From: Gemmatimonadales bacterium
Lineage (GTDB): Bacteria; Gemmatimonadota; Gemmatimonadetes; Gemmatimonadales; GWC2-71-9
NCBI GenBank assembly: GCA_039934355.1
Contig: JBDTMI010000010.1
Coordinates: 15,481 to 79,480 of the forward strand
Direction of reading: 5' to 3'
Length of the DNA: 64,000 bases
Shown piece by piece: positions 57,271 to 64,000 of the stretch (positions within the stretch are counted from its first letter, which is position 1; the number at the start of each line of letters is the position of its first letter). Position numbers and translations under genes: made by a program. The notes under the pieces were generated by a model, which ran no database searches, was not told the DNA's origin, and saw only the letters and a program-made list of their open reading frames with translations.

Positions 57271-59798
57271 CCCGACGGGTCCCGCAGCATCGGAACGTGG
57301 GTCGGGGGAGACGGTCGGCTCGCTCCGCTGTCCGGGACGCCGTGCGTCTCGCGCAGATCCTGGCCGATGCGCCCATCGGCATTTTTGAAACCGACGTGAC
57401 CGGCCGCTTTCGTTACGCCAATGCCCACTGGTGCACGCTGACCGGACTCGACCTTGAGCGGGCGCGTGGCGCGGGCTGGATCGCGGTAATCGAGCCGGAG
57501 GATCAGCAGGGCGTGCGGGCGGAGTGGCAGGCCGCCGCCATGGACCGCCGTCCGTTCGTCGCGGAGTTTCGCATTCGGCTGGCCGAGGGGGGATTTCGCT
57601 GGCTGGGCGCGACCGCGCAGGCGGTGGTCGACGGGCTGGGGTGCGTCACCGGATACGTCGGTACCCTGACCGATGTGAGCGATCGCAAGCACGCCGACGC
57701 CGAAGTGTACCGCTACTCGCTCGACGTGGAGGATGCGCGGCAGCGGGTGGAAGAACAGGCCGGACAGCTCGCGGGGCAGACCGAAGAACTCGCCACGGCG
57801 CGAGACGCGGCCCTCGAAGCGGTGCGGATGAAGTCGGCATTCTTCGCGATGATGAGCCACGAGATCCGGACCCCGATGAACGGCGTGATCGGGATGACGG
57901 GCCTGTTACTCGACACCGCGCTCTCCGTCGAGCAGCGGACATACGTCGAGACCGTGCGGGCCTCGGGCGAGGCCCTGCTCACCATCATCAACGACATTCT
58001 CGACTTCTCCAAGATTGAAGCGGGACGGTTCGCACTGGAGGAGGTCGACTTCTCGCTGCGTGAAATGCTGGAGGACACGCTCGATCTGATGGCGGAGACC
58101 GCGAGCGCCAAGAGGGTCGAGCTCGCGGCGTTGGTCGAGCGCACTGTCCCGGACATGGTTCGCGGCGACCCGGCCCGATTGAGGCAGGTGGTGACCAACC
58201 TGGTAAGCAATGCCGTCAAGTTCACCGACCGTGGTGCCGTCACCATCCATGCGTCACTGGTGGGCGGTCCGGACCATGGGCAGCTGGTGCGGTGGGAAGT
58301 CACCGATACCGGCATCGGCCTGACGCCGGAACAGCAGAGCCGGCTCTTCCAGCCATTCTCGCAGGCCGACGATTCCACCACCCGGCGATACGGCGGTACC
58401 GGCCTCGGCCTCGCGATCTGCCGCCAGCTGGTCGAGCTGATGGGCGGAACGATCGGAATCGAAAGTGCCGAGGGCGCTGGAAGCACGTTCTGGTTCACGG
58501 TGAAGCTCACCCCCGGCACCCCGGACGCGGGCGGCGCGATCCTCATCGACCCCGACCTGGCAGGCCTGCGGGCACTGGTGGTGGAAGGTCAGCCGACCCG
58601 GCGGGCCGCGCTGGTGGACCAGCTCGAAGCGTGGGGCTTTGAAGCGACCGGGACCGACGATGCCGCGGAGGGGTTCAACTTCCTGGGCGATGCCGCGGAC
58701 CGGGGCCAGCCATTCCGTATCGCCATCCTCGATGCGTCGCTCGACGAAACCGATGGGCTGGAGCTGGCTCGCGCCATCGCGGAGAGCACCGGGCTTGCCC
58801 GTACCCACGTCCTGCTTCTGGCCGATCTCACCCGCCGTGATGTGCAGCAGGCGGCGCGCGATGCCGGCGCCGCCGGTGTCGTGAACAAGCCGGTGCGACA
58901 CCAGCAACTGCATGATGCCGTACGCGTCGCGCTCGGGTTCGCCGCCTCCGGCCGCGATGAGGTTCAGCACGGGCGGGCGAAGAATGAGGGGCGCCCAGCC
59001 GCAAGAGCGCGCATCCTCCTCGCGGAAGACAATCCCGTCAATCAGAAGGTCGCCATCCGGATGCTGGAGAAGATGGGTCACCGGGTGGACGTCGCCGGCA
59101 ACGGGCTCGAGGCGGTGCGGGCGGCGCGCGACCTGCCCTACGACGTGATCCTGATGGACTGCCAGATGCCCGAAATGGACGGCTACCAGGCGGTGGCGGA
59201 GATCCGGAAGCTCGAGGGCGCCGCCCGACACACGCCGATCATCGCCATGACCGCAAACGCGATGGCGGGCGATCGTGAACGCTGCCTGCAAGCGGGAATG
59301 GACGATTACGTGGCCAAGCCGGTCCGCACCCCGGAACTGATCGCCGCGCTCGCACGCCATCTCGGCGCAACGAACACCGTGGAGGCATCGGCGGCGGTGC
59401 ATGCCGTCGAGACGCCAGCAGTGCCTGTCGAGGTGGATGACGGTATCGACGAGACGATCCTCGGCGAGATCGCCGATTATCTGGGCGACAAGGGGCCATC
59501 GATGGTGCAGGAACTGGTACGGCTGTTCTTCGAGGAGTCGGGGCGGCGGCTGGAGGCGATGCGTGAGGGCGTCACTCAGGCCGACCCGGCACAACTCGCC
59601 CGCGGAGCCCATGCCATGAAAGGTGGCGGCGGCAATCTCGGCGCCATCCGGCTCTCGGCGTACTGCGAAACGCTGGAACGGATGGGCCGTGAGGGATCGA
59701 CGGAGGGTGCGGCGGCGCTCGTGGACCGGGTCGCCGCGGAGGTCAACCGCCTGCGCACCGTCTTCGCCCGTCGGAGCGCCGCGCAGCCGGCGTCTTAG
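57267..59798 (+). CDS. Hybrid sensor histidine kinase PAS-HisKA-HATPase-REC-REC-HPt (paralogue of the preceding gene)
   Basis: It has the H-box [31 protein letters not shown] domains and an HPt (HAMKGGG). An ATGA overlap joins it to the upstream kinase. Confidence 0.85.
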   Translation: MTRRVPQHRNVGRGRRSARSAVRDAVRLAQILADAPIGIFETDVTGRFRYANAHWCTLTGLDLERARGAGWIAVIEPEDQQGVRAEWQAAAMDRRPFVAEFRIRLAEGGFRWLGATAQAVVDGLGCVTGYVGTLTDVSDRKHADAEVYRYSLDVEDARQRVEEQAGQLAGQTEELATARDAALEAVRMKSAFFAMMSHEIRTPMNGVIGMTGLLLDTALSVEQRTYVETVRASGEALLTIINDILDFSKIEAGRFALEEVDFSLREMLEDTLDLMAETASAKRVELAALVERTVPDMVRGDPARLRQVVTNLVSNAVKFTDRGAVTIHASLVGGPDHGQLVRWEVTDTGIGLTPEQQSRLFQPFSQADDSTTRRYGGTGLGLAICRQLVELMGGTIGIESAEGAGSTFWFTVKLTPGTPDAGGAILIDPDLAGLRALVVEGQPTRRAALVDQLEAWGFEATGTDDAAEGFNFLGDAADRGQPFRIAILDASLDETDGLELARAIAESTGLARTHVLLLADLTRRDVQQAARDAGAAGVVNKPVRHQQLHDAVRVALGFAASGRDEVQHGRAKNEGRPAARARILLAEDNPVNQKVAIRMLEKMGHRVDVAGNGLEAVRAARDLPYDVILMDCQMPEMDGYQAVAEIRKLEGAARHTPIIAMTANAMAGDRERCLQAGMDDYVAKPVRTPELIAALARHLGATNTVEASAAVHAVETPAVPVEVDDGIDETILGEIADYLGDKGPSMVQELVRLFFEESGRRLEAMREGVTQADPAQLARGAHAMKGGGGNLGAIRLSAYCETLERMGREGSTEGAAALVDRVAAEVNRLRTVFARRSAAQPAS

Positions 59799-60271
59799 GG
59801 CACTCGCGCCACCGGCTTGCTGTAAACCGCGACTCCATAGCGGCACGGCCCCATTCGACAGGCGGTCATGATGATCTTGACCCCGTACGACCCCGCCAGG
59901 GCGGTCGTGACCTTCACGATGGGCACGTTGCCATCGCCACGATCCGAGGCCACCTCCTGCCGGGTCGAACGCGAGAGGACCAGGTCGAGGTTGCCGCAGT
60001 CCTGATCACACACTCCAACGATCGCATAGCTCCGTCCCGCCAGCATCGAGATGGTGACCTGCTCCGACTCATCGACCGAGAGCATCCCCAGCCGTGCGGG
60101 GCCGGTCGGCTGGAATCCCTGGTCTGCCAGCAGGGGAGCCGCCTGCCGCAGCGCGGCTTCCGTCTGGCGATCCCAGTGGTCCCCCTGGGCGGTGAGTGCG
60201 GCGGGCAGCGCGACGAGTGACGCGCAGAGGCCCAGCGACTGGGCGATAGGTGCAAGACGCGGTGGGAGCAT
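59795..60271 (-). CDS. Small secreted hypothetical protein
   Basis: It has the signal peptide [29 protein letters not shown]. It is the last gene of the ABC-2 operon and lies 1 nt after the upstream stop. Confidence 0.5.
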   Translation of the reverse strand: MLPPRLAPIAQSLGLCASLVALPAALTAQGDHWDRQTEAALRQAAPLLADQGFQPTGPARLGMLSVDESEQVTISMLAGRSYAIVGVCDQDCGNLDLVLSRSTRQEVASDRGDGNVPIVKVTTALAGSYGVKIIMTACRMGPCRYGVAVYSKPVARVP

Positions 60272-60272
60272 C

Positions 60273-61451
60273 TCAGCGCACCTCCCGGCGACGGACCAGG
60301 ATAACCACCAGCCCCAGGGCAAGCCCGATCACAAACAGACCGGGCAGCCACTCGTGCAGGCGCAGGATCGGCGTCAGCGGAATGGTGGGCATGATCCCCT
60401 GCTGCCACTGCACGGTCCAGTCGCCCACCGGCATTTTCAGCGCGACGCTGAGCGCGGTGTCGATGGGCAACGTTGTATTCCAGAACTCGAGGAAGCGATC
60501 GTCGCCCGCGGCGCGCAGCACATCCACGAGATAGTGATCCCCACCGATGAGGCGAATGCTCCTGAGATCCCAGGGTGAGTCAGGCACCAGCAGCCGACTT
60601 TGCGCACTCCCACCGTCACCATCGCGCACCGCGTCCACACAGGCCGCAGGGCGCGACCCGAGACAGCCCACCGTGCGCGGTGCGAAGCCATACACCGCCG
60701 GCCACTCCCAGCCACGGCCGGTCTGATCACGCAGCCAGCTGAGCAGCCAGTAGTCGGTGCGACCGACACCCCATTCCGAGGAGCGCGCCAGATCGTAGCC
60801 GCGCGCGCCAAGCCAGTGGCGCACCCGGGCGCTCGGCGTCCCGAAACGGGCATACCAGGCGCAGGGACCGAAGCTGGACTTGAGTTCGGTGCGCAAATGT
60901 GCCGATGACGAGTTGGGCCGGGCGTAAAACGGCAGGGTGACAAAGGTGAGACAGGTGGAACGGTCGGTGGAGTCGGGAAAGAGAAGTGCGTCGCCGAGTG
61001 GCACCTGTCCCAACGCCTGGGGAGTGCCCGGTGCGCCGGGACTCCCGCGGGGCCAGAGATCGAGGATGACGCCGACCGCGATCTTCGTCGTACCGAGGCC
61101 GAGCTCCTGCCAGATGCTGTCGATTGTGGCGACCAGCCCGGGCCGAGCGATGCGCAGCAGGCTATCGGGACCATCCAGCACCAGCGCAACGCTCGGCAAA
61201 TCCCGCTCCCGTCGGCGCGCCAACTCGGGCTCGAGCCGGTGACGTGATTCCATGAAGTGAAGCTGGAATTCGACTGCCTGCCACTCCGCTGCGAGCGCCC
61301 GGGCGCGGGCCCGTTCGGCCGTCACCGGCGCGAACCAGGCGACGGGCGGGCCGCTCGAGGACGGGTACCCGGATGGCGTGAGGTACACGAACGCGATGAT
61401 GGCGCAGGCCAGCACCGCGGCTCCGATCCAGACGATCAGCCCACGCGCCAT
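60273..61451 (-). CDS. Bitopic/two-TM envelope protein, unknown function
   Basis: It has an N-terminal TM (LIVWIGAAVLACAIIAFVYL) and a C-terminal TM (LPGLFVIGLALGLVVILV) followed by RRREVR. I prefer the ATG at 61451. Confidence 0.55.
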   Translation of the reverse strand: MARGLIVWIGAAVLACAIIAFVYLTPSGYPSSSGPPVAWFAPVTAERARARALAAEWQAVEFQLHFMESRHRLEPELARRRERDLPSVALVLDGPDSLLRIARPGLVATIDSIWQELGLGTTKIAVGVILDLWPRGSPGAPGTPQALGQVPLGDALLFPDSTDRSTCLTFVTLPFYARPNSSSAHLRTELKSSFGPCAWYARFGTPSARVRHWLGARGYDLARSSEWGVGRTDYWLLSWLRDQTGRGWEWPAVYGFAPRTVGCLGSRPAACVDAVRDGDGGSAQSRLLVPDSPWDLRSIRLIGGDHYLVDVLRAAGDDRFLEFWNTTLPIDTALSVALKMPVGDWTVQWQQGIMPTIPLTPILRLHEWLPGLFVIGLALGLVVILVRRREVR

Positions 61452-62530
61452 CTGGAACTCCCGAGGCCGCACAGTCCGAAGATCAGGATCCAGCCCAGAC
61501 CGGCGCTCACCACACCGAATGGCACCGCCACCGGCTCCGGCCGATGGCGAATGACCTGTGTCCACCAACGCTGGATCAGGGAATCGGCCGGCACCGCGGC
61601 CGTCAGGGAAAGGCGTTCGCTCATCGAATGGCCGGTGCTCCCTGTCAGGCGCTGGTACCCCTCCCGCCCGCCGGAGCGGACGGCAAGCTGAATCAGCGTC
61701 TGGCGCGCCCCGAGCGGGAGCGGCGGAGCGAGTGCAGCGAACGGGAGCGTCTGCAGCAGCTCGATGCAGGCGGCATCAGCTCCGTCGAGACAGGCACTTG
61801 CCCCGGCCTTTCCAGCCGCATCATAGAAGTGCGACTGGACCAGGCGCATCAGCAGGCGCCGGTCCTCCGGCGTGCGATACCGGCGCAGCAACGCGCCAGG
61901 CCCGGCATCCAGGTTGAGTGCCGAGCGGCAGCCGTCCACGTCGCCCAGAAAGCAGTCATGCGCGACACTGAATGGCGAGGTGACGAGGGTAGTGTAGACA
62001 TCCGTCAGATCGGTGCTGGTGTCGAGTGCGGGTCTCACCACATCACCGAGCCAGGCGCGCAACGGCGGATCAGGGTCACCGATGCGTGCGGAGCCGATCA
62101 GGAAGCGAGTCAGGAGATCGAGGGGGAGATTCCGCGGGACCTGGTGGCCCCACTGCCCAGCGGCCTCGGTGGACGTCTGACCGGAATCGAGTCCCGCAAT
62201 CCGGTACGGGCGTTCCGCCAGCTCGGCGGCGGCCGTTCCATAGAAGGCATCGAGGACCCGCCAGGCAGAGTCGGCCGCGGCGCGCAGGTAGATGGGCGGA
62301 TTGGTGGCGATGATGCTCAATCCGCCGATGCGCATCGTGTCGAGGCGGACCGGCGCGGGACGGTGAGCCAGGCTGTCCACCAGGTCCGCGACGGCGTTCG
62401 CCTCGCGCCAGAGCGTCGCAAGACTGTCCGCCCGTGCCGTCAGGCGCGCCATCTCCGTCTGTGCCGTCACCAGCCGCGGAAGGCAGAGCAACGCGAGGCA
62501 AAGGCGCCGGGACCAGCGCCGGCTAGACAT
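61436..62530 (-). CDS. Secreted, C-terminally anchored protein, unknown function
   Basis: It has the signal peptide LCLALLCLPRLVTAQ and a C-terminal TM (VVSAGLGWILIFGLCGL). Its C-terminal module resembles that of the next gene. Confidence 0.55.
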   Translation of the reverse strand: MSSRRWSRRLCLALLCLPRLVTAQTEMARLTARADSLATLWREANAVADLVDSLAHRPAPVRLDTMRIGGLSIIATNPPIYLRAAADSAWRVLDAFYGTAAAELAERPYRIAGLDSGQTSTEAAGQWGHQVPRNLPLDLLTRFLIGSARIGDPDPPLRAWLGDVVRPALDTSTDLTDVYTTLVTSPFSVAHDCFLGDVDGCRSALNLDAGPGALLRRYRTPEDRRLLMRLVQSHFYDAAGKAGASACLDGADAACIELLQTLPFAALAPPLPLGARQTLIQLAVRSGGREGYQRLTGSTGHSMSERLSLTAAVPADSLIQRWWTQVIRHRPEPVAVPFGVVSAGLGWILIFGLCGLGSSRWRVG

Positions 62531-63179
62531 CGAACAGCATCCAGCGGCCGTTGAACACCGCGAAGGGACCGGCCCAGCCGATGAAGATCGTCTGCAGCCG
62601 GTTCACCATGTCGAGCTCGACGTTGGCGACACTGGCGACGACCTGCAGGACGATGAGCGCCGCGATCAGGCTCAGGATGAAGCCGGCGGTGCGCGCGGTC
62701 CCGCCCGATACCGCGAAGATCACCGCGAAGGCGATCAGCAGGGCGAGCGCGAAACGGATGGTCAGTGCGACGGGATAGGCGTGGATCCCCGCAGGCGGCG
62801 TGACGGTCGCGGTGGCCAGCAGCGCGCCGATGAGCAGCGCGACGAGCGGCACGCAGAGCAGGACGACGCCAGCGCCGAAACGATAGAAGGCGTAGCGCCA
62901 GCGCGGAATCGGAAGCGAGAGCGCGTGCACATGCCGTCCCCGATGATCGGGGGCCCACGCCGCCATCGCCACCAGAAGTCCAAGGGTGGCCGCGAGGATC
63001 GGATAGAGCGCACCCCACGACCCCACTCGGCCAAGAAATTCCGCCGGGGGGACGGGGAATCGGTCCACCGAAGCGGTGCCCCGCACCGAGAGCACCGGCA
63101 GGGTGAATGCCGCCACCGAGCCCAGGGCAATCACCAGGCGCGACCACTTCCATTGGCCCCACAGCATCACGCGGAACAT
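62523..63179 (-). CDS. Polytopic membrane protein, probable ABC-2-type permease partner
   Basis: About six hydrophobic helices are present. It lies 2 nt after the ABC ATPase stop and overlaps the next gene by 8 nt. Confidence 0.55.
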   Translation of the reverse strand: MFRVMLWGQWKWSRLVIALGSVAAFTLPVLSVRGTASVDRFPVPPAEFLGRVGSWGALYPILAATLGLLVAMAAWAPDHRGRHVHALSLPIPRWRYAFYRFGAGVVLLCVPLVALLIGALLATATVTPPAGIHAYPVALTIRFALALLIAFAVIFAVSGGTARTAGFILSLIAALIVLQVVASVANVELDMVNRLQTIFIGWAGPFAVFNGRWMLFDV

Positions 63180-63181
63180 GC

Positions 63182-64000
63182 TCACCTCGTCTGACCGATG
63201 CGGAAGGCACGGAGCAGCGCGATGAATCCGTCCTCCAGGTCGAGATCGGTTTCCATCAGGACCGTGGCGCCGAGCGCGGCGATCGAGCCCGTCATGGGCG
63301 GCTCCCATGCGCGGACCGTCCACGTCTCCATCCCGGGCGCCGACACCTCCCGGCTGAGGAGCGTCGCCGGCGCAGGAGGCGTCGCACCGGCCGGAAGCCC
63401 ACTCAACTGCAGGCGCTTGACCCCTCGCTTCAATTGAAGGAGCGGCTCCTGCACCAGGAGATGTCCATTGTCCATCACCCCGATCCAGTCACAGATCCGT
63501 TCCAGCTCGTGAACCAGGTGGGTGGAGATGAAGACCGTTGCATCGCCCTGCGCCACGAATTCCAGCAGCGCGGAGAGGATGTCGCGCCGCGCGACGGGGT
63601 CGAGGCCATCGGTCGGCTCATCGAGGACCAGGAGCTCCGGGCGTTGCGCCAGCGCGAGGAGCATCATCGTCTTGGCCTTCTGCCCCTTCGACTGCTTGCC
63701 GAACAGCCGGTGCCGGTCGAGGTCAAACTGCCCGAGCAGCGATTCCGCCAGAGACCAGTCCCAGCCCGGATAGAAGGCGGCCTGGAATTGCAGTAGCTCC
63801 TGGACGGTGAGGGTGCCATCGAGGTGCGGCTGTTCAGGCACGTAGCCTACCCGGGCCAGGATCTCCGGCGCCCGTGCCGGCATCGGTTGACCCAGCAGGG
63901 TGATGGTCCCCGCCCGAGCGCGCAGCAGTCCGAGCAGCAGCCGGATCGTGGTGGTCTTGCCCGAACCATTGGCGCCGAGGAATCCGTAGATGGCGCCGGT
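63182..64000 (-). CDS. ABC transporter ATP-binding protein (ABC-2/DrrA-like), N-terminus off the window
   Basis: Reverse translation gives ...GAIYGFLGANGSGKTTTIRLLLG (Walker A), LSKGQKAK (signature-like) and LLVLDEPTDGLDP (Walker B), plus an extra C-terminal domain. Confidence 0.85.
   Translation of the reverse strand, partial: TGAIYGFLGANGSGKTTTIRLLLGLLRARAGTITLLGQPMPARAPEILARVGYVPEQPHLDGTLTVQELLQFQAAFYPGWDWSLAESLLGQFDLDRHRLFGKQSKGQKAKTMMLLALAQRPELLVLDEPTDGLDPVARRDILSALLEFVAQGDATVFISTHLVHELERICDWIGVMDNGHLLVQEPLLQLKRGVKRLQLSGLPAGATPPAPATLLSREVSAPGMETWTVRAWEPPMTGSIAALGATVLMETDLDLEDGFIALLRAFRIGQTR

Noticed and set aside
58254-59846. 530-aa minus-strand ORF
   Set aside because: It is antisense to the second hybrid histidine kinase (REC/HPt region), so it is a shadow ORF.

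Overview
This is a visibly high-GC bacterial chromosomal segment. Its gene content (many lipoproteins, a TPR-type Ser/Thr kinase, DUF4097 proteins, 'SAVSRQ'-type heptamer repeats) is reminiscent of Gemmatimonadota or Acidobacteriota, but I cannot verify the taxon. I support about 50 CDS. I found no rRNA, tRNA, CRISPR array, transposase or integrase.

Landmarks in order:
- Tandem ArsA-like ATPases (1-1248).
- A hydrolase-rich block (3040-12238) with an M20 peptidase, XdhC, a beta-lactamase-fold hydrolase, a D-aminoacylase and a Zn-metalloprotease.
- An LptB-like orphan ABC ATPase, a di-haem cytochrome c peroxidase and a CPA2 antiporter.
- A 9-10 gene minus-strand arginine operon (27415 down to 17599): argG, unknown P-loop gene, argC, argD, argF', argB, argE-like, argH, argR. 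It lacks argA/argJ and is interrupted by three structured or repetitive intergenic elements.
- A secreted M42 peptidase with a degenerate paralogue.
- PBP1C plus a thioester alpha-2-macroglobulin, downstream of a sigma54 GAF activator.
- Lrp-EamA, REC-degenerate GGDEF-REC, an APC permease and a GNAT.
- An operon of ECF sigma, ZAS anti-sigma, two DUF4097 proteins and a giant Ser/Thr kinase.
- Two translationally coupled paralogous hybrid histidine kinases.
- An ABC-2 type operon carrying three uncharacterised envelope proteins.

The most interesting signals are:
- The uncharacterised GTxxxxGKT P-loop protein inside the arg operon, a candidate for the missing first step.
- (GCTGACG)n heptamer arrays that each end 17-26 nt upstream of a start codon, two of them joined to a GTCATCCTGAG...GAAGGATC palindromic element.
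- A perfect 20-bp hairpin between argG and the unknown gene.

All functional calls rest on motif and family recognition by eye. No searches were run.
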